A stretch of DNA of 64,000 nt from Candidatus Poribacteria bacterium (GTDB taxonomy: Bacteria; Poribacteria; WGA-4E; WGA-3G), in contig JAJEIP010000088.1 in the NCBI GenBank assembly GCA_022827885.1, positions 25,009-89,008 of the forward strand, written 5' to 3'. Under the pieces are notes generated by a model. It was not told the origin of the DNA and made no database searches. It saw only the letters and a program-made list of their open reading frames with translations. The position numbers and the translations under genes are program-made. Below are positions 47,201-57,117 of this stretch, in pieces (position 1 is the stretch's first letter; each line of letters starts with the position of its first letter).

Positions 47201-48883
47201 TTATGGATCGACTTTCAGGATTTCTGAGCGAACTCTCAGGATATAGGGGTTTTTCGGGGTTTGAGCAAAAGCAGTTTCGATTTCACGGCGTGCATCGGGA
47301 ATGCGGTTGAGGCGATAGTAAACGAAGGCAAGTGTGGCGCGATGTATCGGTTGATCGTCGCTTTCGACTGCAGTCTTGGCAAGGGTCAATGCTTCGTCCA
47401 ATTTCCTGTTTTCCGTTGCGAGTAAGGATGCTAATGCCTCTTTGGGAAACGGAACGTCTGGGGCGAGTTGGAGGGCGCGACGGAAATCTATCTCTGCCAT
47501 ACCGGATTTATTCTGTTTTTGGTAAATCTTGCCACGCCACAAGTATCCAGGTGCCCATGTCGGTTCGTGTTGTATCCCCATCGTGAGTGCGTTTGCGGAA
47601 GCTTGTAAGTCCCCGGACTTCTCATGCAAGTTTGCGAGTTGAACGTAGGTGTCCATAAAATCCGGTTCGTGTTGGATAAGCGAGAGATAGTGTGAAACCG
47701 CTGCGGCTTGGTTACCGAGTCTGGTGTCTATCATGCCGAGGTGCAGAAGTGCCTGACGCGAGGTAGGTTCCATTATAAGAACCTGTTGATACGATTGCTT
47801 GGCATCTACGAATTTTCCGAGTTGCATCTGAACGTAGGCATAATCTTTCAAAGCGGGGATAAAGGTTTCATCCGTTTCGATGGCTTTTTGGAGAGGCGTT
47901 AAGGCGCGCTCCGGTTGTTTCTTCTCAATGAGCCAATGGGCTTGCCCGCGATAACGTTCCGCCAGCCTTCGACGATAACGCGCTTCAGCAATTTCGGCTT
48001 CTCTGGTGTTCCCCATATTACTGAGAACAGCTGCGAGCGATTTGTAAAAAATGGGTTCTTCTGGAGCATATCGAATGGCACGTTCATAGAAATGTTGGGC
48101 GACAGTGAATTGTCCGCGTCTCGCGCTAACCTCACCCCGCCCGAAAGCAGCACTGGCGAGCGTCTCGTCTTGGGTGAGTGCTTCCCGAAATACGGCATCG
48201 GCTTCGTCGATGCGGTTGAGTTTGAGGAGAACGTGCCCAAGGTTATTATAGGCAGCGGTCGCCTCTGGATGTAGTTGCACAGCGACGATATAGTATCTCC
48301 GTGCCTGCTCTAAATTTCCACGCTCGGTTTCAATCTGTCCTAAAGCAAGATACCACGCCACGGGGGCGTCTTCACCGGCGCCTTTAACGGCTTTTTGGAA
48401 CCACATATCGGCTTCGTCGAGTTGTTTATTGCGATGATATGCAGCAGCGAGTTTGCCTTGCACCGTAAGCTGTAGGCGGGATATTGTAATATTGCCTTGC
48501 GGGTGTGTTGAAAGGACTCGCAAGGCACGTTGGAAAGCAGTAATAGCGGTGGGATAGTCCTTCAGTTTTGCGGCGGCATCTCCCGTGCCGATGTAGACAA
48601 GTGGAAAATCTGGTGCCGTTTTACCGAGTGCCTGATATAAACGGAGTGCCTCGCGCCATTCCTCCGCTTGAAGCGCACGCTCGGCATCTTTCAACTGTTT
48701 CTGGAATTCTTTAGGAAAGTCCGCTATATCGTCTCCAGATGCCAACGCAGTGAGGATAAACAGAAGTGTAGCAATGACAAAATGGGCCCAGCCATTTGTA
48801 GTCTGTTTACCTATCGCATGTCTTCGGGGCTGATTGTGCCGCATCCGTTTACTTCGCCTCACTCTTCTCTTGTGCAAGTTCAT
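47201..48883 (-). CDS. Membrane-anchored TPR-repeat protein
   Basis: One N-terminal TM segment (FVIATLLFILTALA) followed by many 34-aa TPR-like repeats. The start could also be the Met at 48844. Confidence 0.65.
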   Translation of the reverse strand: MNLHKRRVRRSKRMRHNQPRRHAIGKQTTNGWAHFVIATLLFILTALASGDDIADFPKEFQKQLKDAERALQAEEWREALRLYQALGKTAPDFPLVYIGTGDAAAKLKDYPTAITAFQRALRVLSTHPQGNITISRLQLTVQGKLAAAYHRNKQLDEADMWFQKAVKGAGEDAPVAWYLALGQIETERGNLEQARRYYIVAVQLHPEATAAYNNLGHVLLKLNRIDEADAVFREALTQDETLASAAFGRGEVSARRGQFTVAQHFYERAIRYAPEEPIFYKSLAAVLSNMGNTREAEIAEARYRRRLAERYRGQAHWLIEKKQPERALTPLQKAIETDETFIPALKDYAYVQMQLGKFVDAKQSYQQVLIMEPTSRQALLHLGMIDTRLGNQAAAVSHYLSLIQHEPDFMDTYVQLANLHEKSGDLQASANALTMGIQHEPTWAPGYLWRGKIYQKQNKSGMAEIDFRRALQLAPDVPFPKEALASLLATENRKLDEALTLAKTAVESDDQPIHRATLAFVYYRLNRIPDARREIETAFAQTPKNPYILRVRSEILKVDP

Positions 48884-49823
48884 CGTCCAAAATATGCCAA
48901 GTTTCCTCTGCTTTCCTTTGGGTTAACCATGCTTCAAATTGTTCATTTGCCAACTCCTGCCGAATCCGCTCTGTAATCTCCCCACTGACGTCTTGGTATG
49001 TTTTTTGGTACGCTGAATTATTCCGAATGCGTTCAACGATCTGGTATCCCTCCGAAACGCGGAAGGGTATGCTCCGTTCAGAAACTTGTAATTTCGTTAC
49101 GATAGTCCCCAAGGGTGTGTCTATTTCAAGCGTTGTGACCTCGAGCCTGAGTTCTAACTGTGTTTCATAAATTTCACGGACTGCCTGAAATGTCTGTCCC
49201 TGTTGTAAACGTTCATTGAGTTTTTGCACCAGGGTCTCAGCTTCCTGTTTTTCTACCTCGGATCCATTCTTTGGCATGACGATAAGTAGGGATTTGAAGG
49301 TGACTGTCGGTGGCACAATAAACTCGGCACTATTGGCGTTGTAATACGATTTGGCTAATTGCGCGACCTTTTCGCTGTTGACGGTATTGAAAAATATGCG
49401 GCGAAAGAATTCATCGTAAATCAACTGATCGTAGACCCATGCTTCTATTGCTGATTTTTCCAATTCGGAGTGCTGCAAAGTGCTTTGAAGTGCTGTATCC
49501 GAAGCATATTCGACAGAAATTTCTGCTATTTTTGCGGCAACTTGTGTGTTACGTTCGGTTACGACGATGCCGCGCCGTTCGGCTTCTTGTAGGACGAATG
49601 TGCGGTTGATGATAGTATTGAGTGCCGCGCGTTTCTCAGCAAGGGTCGGCGGCGCGGCGGCGCGTATTCCTAAAAAAACTGTAGCAATACGAAATTCATC
49701 TTCGAGCTCACTACGTGTGATAGCGTCCTCGTTGACGACCGCGACAATTGAATCGATAAGTGTTTGGGTGTATACGTTACCACCGATACAGAATAGGATC
49801 AGAAAGGTGATGTAGCGCATCAT
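48849..49823 (-). CDS. SurA N-terminal-domain periplasmic chaperone-like protein
   Basis: Signal peptide, then LIDSIVAVVNEDAITRSELEDE, typical of SurA/PpiD-type N-domains. Confidence 0.45.
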   Translation of the reverse strand: MMRYITFLILFCIGGNVYTQTLIDSIVAVVNEDAITRSELEDEFRIATVFLGIRAAAPPTLAEKRAALNTIINRTFVLQEAERRGIVVTERNTQVAAKIAEISVEYASDTALQSTLQHSELEKSAIEAWVYDQLIYDEFFRRIFFNTVNSEKVAQLAKSYYNANSAEFIVPPTVTFKSLLIVMPKNGSEVEKQEAETLVQKLNERLQQGQTFQAVREIYETQLELRLEVTTLEIDTPLGTIVTKLQVSERSIPFRVSEGYQIVERIRNNSAYQKTYQDVSGEITERIRQELANEQFEAWLTQRKAEETWHILDDELAQEKSEAK

Positions 49824-49824
49824 A

Positions 49825-51000
49825 TTACCGCGGATTCCTCGGCGTTAGCCACGCCTCTTCAATGTGCAAGCCGAGTCCGGGTCCGTCATTCGGAGCGATA
49901 TAACTATCCGTTGGGAGCGACTCACCTTCGAAGCGTTTCGTTTCCTCTAACGGGACACCTGGCGGCGTACCGAGATAGTATTCTACCCACGGCGTGTTCG
50001 GCATAGCAGCGGAAAGATGGAGGCCAGATTGACGGAGTCCACCGCCGTGGAAGATAACAGTGAGACCAGCAGCATCTGCGAGATGACAAATTTTGACGCA
50101 TTCCGTTATCCCGCCTACCCAGAAGGTATCGGGTTGCAGAATATCCAAGCACCGTTTTTCGATAATCTGCTGAAACGGGAAACGGGTATAGTGGTGTTCG
50201 CCACTTGCTAAACTCACCCAATCGACCGCCTCTCTGACTTTGACTAAGCCCTCGATATCTTCTGGGATGAGGAACTCCTCAATCCATTTGAGGCGATACG
50301 GACGGAGACGGTGTGCTAAGCGGATGGTGTAATCGACATCGAAAGCCATGTAGCAGTCGAGCATGATTTCAACATCGTCACCGACTGTTTCTCTGGTCTT
50401 CGCGACCAGTTTTTCGTTCTCTTTCAAGCCCCATTCGCCGTCTACCGGTCCATAGGGACACGCCAATTTCACGGCTTTGAAACCGAGTGCCAACTGCCAA
50501 TCGGTATCGTTGCCTGTGGCGTAAGCGAACATCTTTTCGCGCAACGGTCCACCGAGCAGCTCATAGACGGGCTGATTTTTGATCTTGCCGTTCAGGTCCC
50601 ACAAGGCGATGTCAACCCCACTCATCGCGCAACTGGTTAAGCCTTGCGAACCGTAAGGTTTGGACATACGGAACATCATGTCCCAAATCTTTTCAACGGC
50701 AAAGCAGTTCTCACCGATGAGCATCGGTGCGAAGTGTTCATCGATGATTGCGGCGACCGGTGTGCCGAAAGAGGTTTCTCCTATACCCCAAGTGCCGTCT
50801 TCGGCAGTGACTTTGACGTAGACTTGATCCCACGTCTGCGGCATCCAACTGGAGCGGTGGCGTTTGTATTGTGGGTAGCGCGACATCGGGTTGGCGACTT
50901 CAGCGTGGACATTCCACGATTCACGGCGGGGTTCCGTGCGTTTAATGTCTCGTTCTGGCACGTTGATGCGGACTGTCTGTATGTCTCTGATTTTCATCAT
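49825..51000 (-). CDS. L-rhamnonate dehydratase-like enolase-superfamily enzyme
   Basis: Collinear with my recollection of RhmD: ANPMSRYPQY..., VDIALWDLNGK...PVYELLGG, MLDCYMAFDV, YRLKWIEE, SGEHH, QPD..W.GG. Confidence 0.65.
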   Translation of the reverse strand: MMKIRDIQTVRINVPERDIKRTEPRRESWNVHAEVANPMSRYPQYKRHRSSWMPQTWDQVYVKVTAEDGTWGIGETSFGTPVAAIIDEHFAPMLIGENCFAVEKIWDMMFRMSKPYGSQGLTSCAMSGVDIALWDLNGKIKNQPVYELLGGPLREKMFAYATGNDTDWQLALGFKAVKLACPYGPVDGEWGLKENEKLVAKTRETVGDDVEIMLDCYMAFDVDYTIRLAHRLRPYRLKWIEEFLIPEDIEGLVKVREAVDWVSLASGEHHYTRFPFQQIIEKRCLDILQPDTFWVGGITECVKICHLADAAGLTVIFHGGGLRQSGLHLSAAMPNTPWVEYYLGTPPGVPLEETKRFEGESLPTDSYIAPNDGPGLGLHIEEAWLTPRNPR

Positions 51001-51162
51001 CTTACTCCATTCAAGGTTTATCGCATGATACCATAACTCATTACTTAATTCAACTGATTTTGCGAGTGATTTGGATTATTTCGTTTTCGGCTTTTCGCTT
51101 GACATCTACTAATTGAACATGTTATCATTACCCACAAGTAACCCGCATTGTAGAGGTAAAAA

Positions 51163-52182
51163 GTGATGTTGCAACTGAATCAAGAACTTGCTCTTGCATC
51201 TTTTAATTTCAGTTTTGCTTATACTGGCAATACGCCATCTGCCAAAAGGGACATGGTTGAAATCCTCAATGCCAGAGGCATTGCTCACGCTGAAAAGGGT
51301 GAGTACAATCTTGCTATTGACGAATTCAACAAAGCGATAGAGAAGGATCCGTGCTATGCAGACTCCTATTGCAATCGTGGAATCACTTATTACCTTAAAG
51401 GTGAACATGAAAAAGCAATTGAAGACTATAACACAGCAATTAAACACAAGCCTGGTTATGCCGAAGCGTATTATAATCGCGGGGCTGCCTACGGCATCAA
51501 AGGCAAAACTGACCTTGCCATTAAAGACTTTAACAAGTCAATAAAACTTAAACCTGATCATGTTGATGCTTATTACAATCGCGGCGGTGCTTGTCTTATA
51601 AAACACGATTTTAACCACGCTATCAAAGACTTTACCACGGTGATAGAATTGAACCCAGACTATGCTGAGGCATATAGTCATCGTGGTAACGCCTATCGCT
51701 ACAAAGGTGAGTTGAATAAAGCCATTGCCGACTATAGTCAAGCGATAGTCCTGAAGCCAAAGGTTGCTGAGTCATACTATACGCGGGGTGAAGCGTGGTT
51801 GCGTATCGAAAAATGGGAAGAAGCACAACACGATCTGACCGCTGCCATACTCCAAGGCGTAGATATTGCTGAAACATTTCACAACACACACGACAGTGTT
51901 GCTGCCTTTGAGAAAAAAACAGGGGTTGAATTGCCTGAGGATATCATAGATCTATTGACTCCACGGCAAGAACCACTTGAAATTGATAAGGAAACGCGCA
52001 TCGCGTTAGCGATGAAGTATTACGAAAACGAAGAGTTAAGTAGTGGCCTCGCCGCCCGTCTCGCAGGCGTGTCGCGCGAAGAGTTTATGTATCTTATGGG
52101 AGATTACGGGCTTTCTCCTTTTGGCACAGCTGAAGATCTCCGAACGGAACTTGAGAATGCCCGAAAATCCAGTCATCAGTAA
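51163..52182 (+). CDS. TPR-repeat protein fused to a C-terminal UPF0175 (antitoxin-like) domain
   Basis: About 6-7 TPR units (AI.D.N.AI...P.YAEAYYNRG). C-terminal ...RIALAMKYYENEELSSGLAARLAGVSREEFMYLMGDYGLSPF matches UPF0175. Confidence 0.6.
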   Translation: MMLQLNQELALASFNFSFAYTGNTPSAKRDMVEILNARGIAHAEKGEYNLAIDEFNKAIEKDPCYADSYCNRGITYYLKGEHEKAIEDYNTAIKHKPGYAEAYYNRGAAYGIKGKTDLAIKDFNKSIKLKPDHVDAYYNRGGACLIKHDFNHAIKDFTTVIELNPDYAEAYSHRGNAYRYKGELNKAIADYSQAIVLKPKVAESYYTRGEAWLRIEKWEEAQHDLTAAILQGVDIAETFHNTHDSVAAFEKKTGVELPEDIIDLLTPRQEPLEIDKETRIALAMKYYENEELSSGLAARLAGVSREEFMYLMGDYGLSPFGTAEDLRTELENARKSSHQ

Positions 52183-52364
52183 TAACAGTCCACTTGTTGC
52201 GCTTCGGATTACCATTCATAGGCACAGTAGGCATTTTGCTGAAGGCAAAAGAAGAAGGCTTGATTGGCGAAATCAAGCCTCTTTTAATTACCTTGCAAGA
52301 AAAGGGAATATATCTGGATGAATCGCTTATTGCTTATGCATTAGAAGAAGCAGGCGAGATATAG
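52157..52364 (+). pseudogene. Degraded DUF3368 (PIN-like) toxin gene
   Basis: The ATG at 52157 overlaps the UPF0175 end and encodes MPENPVISNNSPLVAL (DUF3368 N-terminus). The frame is then lost. Frame 0 from 52230 encodes GILLKAKEEGLIGEIKPLLITLQEKGIYLDESLIAYALEEAGEI-stop (DUF3368 C-terminus). The middle is missing. Confidence 0.55.
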
Positions 52365-52439
52365 TAAATAGATGCGGTTGGAAACAACATCTACTATTTG
52401 GTGGAATCGCGACCAGGAGGTTGCTCTTACAGAATGAGA

Positions 52440-53144
52440 TTATTCCTTTAATGTTATCAAACCGCAACCGATTTTGGCACCGCCGCCTGGCAGGATTGTG
52501 GGGATCGTCGTCTGCGTGTTGGTGTGGGAGTGTGCTGGTGTCCCTGGTGGATGGAAATGCGGTTGGACCGTCTCCATATTTATGTCCGTTTGCATGTTCA
52601 TGGGTTGCGCGTGCGGATGGGTTAGGAAAGTGTCCCCAGTTTCATGAATCATAATCAGTTTGCCGAGGATATCGGTATTTGGATCTCCACCGAGAGACCA
52701 GAACGGGGTCTTAAATTCCAGAATACCCATGCCTGCCTCGCCGACTGTGATGTTACCGACTTCGCCTACACCGATAGGTGGCGTATCGAGTACCGCTTGG
52801 ACGACAGGGATACCGGATGTCCCCGCTGGAACTTCCATAGGATGCCAATGCGGTCCTATATCGTCGCAGCTGCTACCTGTATGGAGATGAATGGCGTGCA
52901 AGCCCGATGTAGCACCCTGAATTTCGATGACAACATGAACCCCTTCATCCATTTCTGTGAAGGTCGCTGTGCCGGTTAGACCACTCCCCTCTATTTCAGA
53001 AATGGTGGCAACTGCGACTTTGTCAATGGATTCTGTGGTGATCATCTGGGTTGGAATTTTTTCGCAACCCGTTACAAGGCATATTGCGATAATAAGAATT
53101 ATGATTACTTTGCGCGTGTCGCGTTTAAAAGCCATGAAGGTCAA
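52440..53144 (-). CDS. Cu/Zn-superoxide-dismutase-fold lipoprotein with degenerate Zn site and a His/Met-rich insertion
   Basis: Lipobox LVTGC. GLHAIHLHTGSSC, GPHWHP, LIMIHETGD and terminal GGGAKIGCGLI mirror SodC motifs. The insertion HPHAQPMNMQTDINMETVQPHFHPPGTPAHSH lies before the last strand. Start is either the TTG at 53144 or the ATG at 53135. Confidence 0.5.
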   Translation of the reverse strand: MTFMAFKRDTRKVIIILIIAICLVTGCEKIPTQMITTESIDKVAVATISEIEGSGLTGTATFTEMDEGVHVVIEIQGATSGLHAIHLHTGSSCDDIGPHWHPMEVPAGTSGIPVVQAVLDTPPIGVGEVGNITVGEAGMGILEFKTPFWSLGGDPNTDILGKLIMIHETGDTFLTHPHAQPMNMQTDINMETVQPHFHPPGTPAHSHTNTQTTIPTILPGGGAKIGCGLITLKE

Positions 53145-53236
53145 ATGGCTCCTTTCGGTGTGGTGCTATACGTATTATATTACATTTCGGTGTTGAAGTC
53201 AATCAAGCCTTACGTTTCAGCAACTGAGATTATTGC

Positions 53237-53264
53237 TTGACATTCCACTCGATATTGATACAAT
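53237..53264 (+). promoter_or_regulatory. Sigma70-like promoter (TTGACA-16-TACAAT)
   Basis: Hexamers at 53237-53242 and 53259-53264, upstream of the 53298 gene. Confidence 0.5.
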
Positions 53265-53297
53265 AAAGGCATACTACCCAAAACATGGAGGAATGAG

Positions 53298-54143
53298 ATG
53301 GGTTATAAATTAGATCCGAACGCGATGTATCGGATGCCGACACATTTTGGACCGAGAACGGGACCGAGATACGGGCCCGATGGTAGAAAATTTGAGTGTA
53401 AAGATAACCCGAAATCAACGTCAGTTTCAGTGAGTTTCCTGACAAACAGCGAGCAACTTGAAGCATTTCTGCCGCCAGGCTTCTCACTCAACGGCGAACC
53501 CGTTGTGTCTGTGTCTGGGGGCTATATGAAGGAAATTGAATGGCTCGCAGGACGGGGTTACAATACACTCGGTGTGAGTTTCCCAGTGGTTTATGAAGGT
53601 GAGGTGGACAGGGCAACAGGTTCTCTGTTGACGGTGCTGTGGGAAAATCTGACGGATCCGATTTTGACAGGACGTGAGGAATTAGGGTTCTCCAAAATCT
53701 ATTGCGCACTGCCAGATCCGATAACTTTTAATGGTGAGACACACTGCACTGCCAGTTGGCTCGGTTTTAAGTTTATGGACATGCGCGTGAGGGCGACGGA
53801 ACAGGTCCCGATACCCCCCGCGTCCCCGCCGCCGCAGGCGAGTGATGAGCAACCGCTTACGGGTAGCTTACATTACAAATACATGCCGAGAACGGGTGTA
53901 TGGGGCACCGAGGATATTGCCTACGCCGTGCTGACACCATCGCATACACCGAACCGGGTCGTGCAGGAGCAGTGGCGCGGCGAGGGAACCGTTGAATTCC
54001 ACAAAGCGCGTTGGGAAGACCTACCGACGCAATACAACATTGTCAACGCCTTCCACGACTTGGAAGTCAAGGAGTGGCGTGGTGCCTCTATCGTCAAGAG
54101 CGTCGGTGGAAAGGACCTGAGCGACCAACGCATCTTGCGTTAA
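53298..54143 (+). CDS. Acetoacetate decarboxylase (ADC) family protein
   Basis: Size and N-terminal MYRMPTHFGP, plus a later HYKYMPRTG pattern, resemble ADC-family proteins (recollection). Confidence 0.4.
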   Translation: MGYKLDPNAMYRMPTHFGPRTGPRYGPDGRKFECKDNPKSTSVSVSFLTNSEQLEAFLPPGFSLNGEPVVSVSGGYMKEIEWLAGRGYNTLGVSFPVVYEGEVDRATGSLLTVLWENLTDPILTGREELGFSKIYCALPDPITFNGETHCTASWLGFKFMDMRVRATEQVPIPPASPPPQASDEQPLTGSLHYKYMPRTGVWGTEDIAYAVLTPSHTPNRVVQEQWRGEGTVEFHKARWEDLPTQYNIVNAFHDLEVKEWRGASIVKSVGGKDLSDQRILR

Positions 54144-54146
54144 TGC

Positions 54147-54983
54147 TTAGTCCATTACGGTGCCGCCTGCAACGGTGATGGAAACCCCTGATAGGTAGGC
54201 GGCTTCGTCTGAGGCGAGGAAAGCAGCCATCTTGGCGACATCTGCTCCCTCGGCGAGTCGCCCAATGGGGACGGCTGCCTTAGAGCGGCGTGTGTATTCC
54301 GAAAGTTGTTCATCAGCAGAAAGATTCTGAGGCATTAGCACAGAGGCAAGATGTCCAAATCGCTCTGTGTCCACAAGCCCAGGGCAAATCGCGTTTACGT
54401 TGACCTGATAGGGTGCCAACTCAGACGCGAGCGATTGGGTGAAACCGATCACAGCGAATTTCGAGGCACTGTATGCGGCGAAGCGCGCCGACCCCCGTTT
54501 CCCGGTGACGGAAGACATATTGATAATTTTGCCGCCCGTTCCTTGGGCGATGAGATGACGTGCTACCGCTTGCGAACAGAGGAATACGCCTTTCACATTG
54601 ACCCCTTGTACTCTGTCCCAATCCTCTTCAGCCAGATCTACGACAGGCACACGATCCTTGCCAGCCATCGTCCCGGCGTTGTTGACGAGGATGTCGATTT
54701 TGCCGAAGTGTGCGACGGTCTGGTCCACCATCTTTTTCACCTGTTCTGCGTCCGTAACGTCCGCGACGACGCTGAGAGCCCGTTGTCCCATCGCCTCTAT
54801 TTCACGAACGACATCGGGTAGACCCTGCCAATCCGGTTGATCTGCGGCGTAGGGATGCTCGGTCATGTCGTTAACAGCGACATCGGCACCCTCTTGTGCC
54901 AAGCGGGTTGCAATGGCGCGTCCAATACCGTTTTTGCCCCCTGCCCCTGTCACTAAGGCGACTTTTCCATTTAGATTGTACAT
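54147..54983 (-). CDS. SDR family oxidoreductase (FabG-like)
   Basis: KVALVTGAGGKNGIGRA, NNAG and YSASK motifs. Confidence 0.8.
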   Translation of the reverse strand: MYNLNGKVALVTGAGGKNGIGRAIATRLAQEGADVAVNDMTEHPYAADQPDWQGLPDVVREIEAMGQRALSVVADVTDAEQVKKMVDQTVAHFGKIDILVNNAGTMAGKDRVPVVDLAEEDWDRVQGVNVKGVFLCSQAVARHLIAQGTGGKIINMSSVTGKRGSARFAAYSASKFAVIGFTQSLASELAPYQVNVNAICPGLVDTERFGHLASVLMPQNLSADEQLSEYTRRSKAAVPIGRLAEGADVAKMAAFLASDEAAYLSGVSITVAGGTVMD

Positions 54984-55038
54984 TGGGATATACCTCCTTT
55001 AACTAACTTGTGTTGTTTAATCCGGCTTTGTGTATGCT

Positions 55039-56967
55039 TCAAGGCGACCAGAGGACATAAGTTGGCATATCGAACAGCGTGCCGATGAGTGCCCAGCCCC
55101 CTACGAATACATAATCGCCCATGACCAATCCGAGAAAGAAGGGGATTGCACGTTGATGGGCACGTAGACCGAAGATTGAGACAATGATAACCTTTATCAT
55201 CCAACCGATATACACGGAGAACCAGAAATCAGCAAGACCTCCCCAGGTTGCGGCTGTCATCACGTATCCGATCGGATGGAAGGGCCACCAGATGAATTTA
55301 TGCCGCAGGAAATAGAGAATCCATGTCATCCCCGCACCGATTCCCATGGATTGCGAGCCATCCCAATTCGGACCGGTAGGATTGTTAAGCCACCGTTCTA
55401 AACGTCTACCGAAAACCTCCTCACCAATACCGATGACGTAGCCGTGGACAGCAAATGCCCCGGTCTCATAAAGGAGATAGAGGAACGCCCAAAACGAGGC
55501 GAGTGTCCCGATAACAATCGCGAACATCATCACCCAAACCAATTTTCGGCTGTTTATGCCTGCACGTTCTGCAAGTTTGAAACCTTCTAATTGGTTTGGC
55601 ATCGGGTGTGAAACATTGAGGCGGTTGAGCCAGTAGTAGAAGGATATGATTGTGAGATTACCCGTCCCGACGAATCGCGCGCCGAAGGTGACGACCATCA
55701 ACCGTGCTGGATCGAGAGCGAGGATCTCATGGGAGGGGGGTCCAAATTCGGCACGCACACGTGTAACCCCGAGCGCCATTAAGGTGAAAATGACAATAAA
55801 ACCGAGGACACCGCCCAAGGACATACCCGCTTTTACCGAAAATAACGTGAGTCCGATACTCCCGAGGATTAATCCAGCGACAGCAACACGGTAAGGCATC
55901 GGCTCGTTTGAATCGTCATACGCTTTTTTGGTCATCAAGCAATTCAGGATCACATCGCGGAGATGTTTCCGGGTTCCCCAGAGTGCCAAAATACCGACGG
56001 CGAGCCATGCACCACCCGCGCGTTCTGCAAAATAGAGTTCACCTTCACCTAACATCCCCGTCCGAACCACCCGTTCCGCTTTGCCGAACAGATAGAAGAA
56101 CCATGCGGACATCGAGATGTCCAACGGGACAAAAAATGTGAGTCCTATAATAAACGGGTAGATGGATAAAGGTACCCACCCGACAGCGTTCCACGGCTTA
56201 TCCGTGAACAGATGCGTAATCGAAATAGAACTCAGCCGAATAGCCGGGACTTGGGGGAAAAGATGGCTTAATCCGGCGAGGAGTTCAATAAAGGCGGCGA
56301 CCGAAAAGCCTACCCACATCGTGGTGTTTCTGTAAAAACTTTTCCGTCCTTGCGCCATCTGGAGCGGTAATTGGATGATCGGGTATGCCAACTTTTCACG
56401 CTCCGTCCACTGAACGCGGATAATGCTATTGAGACATATGAGTGTGAACCAGAGGAGCGCAACAAATCCTGTCCAGACGAGGATCGGCACCATCCAGCCC
56501 CGTAGATGCTTCGGGAGATAAAAACTCAAGCCTCCCTTAAAGTAGGCATCCAGTGCGTAGTCTTCAGGCACAAACCATGTCGGGATATAACGCCAAAAGA
56601 GAGATGCCCATTCGTTTTCGATGGTAGCGAACCGGAACGGATGGGCAAGTGTGCCGATCAGGAACGTCATCATGGAGTGCCCGCCGATCGTTGATACCAT
56701 GACGACCATAATATAGATAACAAGAAGTTCCTGGGCAGTCAAGGCGTGTTTCGGCGCAAGTTTTTTCCAAACAAGGTTAAAAGCAATAACGGCGAAAAGG
56801 GTGAAGAGCGCGTTGAAAAAAAGCGAGACGAAATTGAGGAGGAACTGCGGTTGGATCATCTCCGCCGCATAGGCGAGCCAGTAGGCGTTCCCGATAACGA
56901 GGAGTGTGCCAATCAGAAGCGCGCGGAGCGTAATTCCAGATGTAAAGGAAGCATCGGATTTTGACAT
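55039..56967 (-). CDS. Large polytopic membrane protein of unknown function (about 16 TM segments; possibly DUF6785/DUF6784-like)
   Basis: Very hydrophobic 643-aa ORF starting at the MSKSD methionine (56967). I recognise no catalytic motif. Confidence 0.5.
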   Translation of the reverse strand: MSKSDASFTSGITLRALLIGTLLVIGNAYWLAYAAEMIQPQFLLNFVSLFFNALFTLFAVIAFNLVWKKLAPKHALTAQELLVIYIMVVMVSTIGGHSMMTFLIGTLAHPFRFATIENEWASLFWRYIPTWFVPEDYALDAYFKGGLSFYLPKHLRGWMVPILVWTGFVALLWFTLICLNSIIRVQWTEREKLAYPIIQLPLQMAQGRKSFYRNTTMWVGFSVAAFIELLAGLSHLFPQVPAIRLSSISITHLFTDKPWNAVGWVPLSIYPFIIGLTFFVPLDISMSAWFFYLFGKAERVVRTGMLGEGELYFAERAGGAWLAVGILALWGTRKHLRDVILNCLMTKKAYDDSNEPMPYRVAVAGLILGSIGLTLFSVKAGMSLGGVLGFIVIFTLMALGVTRVRAEFGPPSHEILALDPARLMVVTFGARFVGTGNLTIISFYYWLNRLNVSHPMPNQLEGFKLAERAGINSRKLVWVMMFAIVIGTLASFWAFLYLLYETGAFAVHGYVIGIGEEVFGRRLERWLNNPTGPNWDGSQSMGIGAGMTWILYFLRHKFIWWPFHPIGYVMTAATWGGLADFWFSVYIGWMIKVIIVSIFGLRAHQRAIPFFLGLVMGDYVFVGGWALIGTLFDMPTYVLWSP

Positions 56968-57117
56968 TTTTAAATGGCGGTCGACTTCGGCGTTCAACCG
57001 TCGGTGAAGACGGCCATCGACTATCGGATCATCGCATCCAATAAACACTGATAACGGGTAATATTGACAGTGTCAGTTCCCGATTATGGATTGTTGATAG
57101 TCGATGGCTGACAATCT

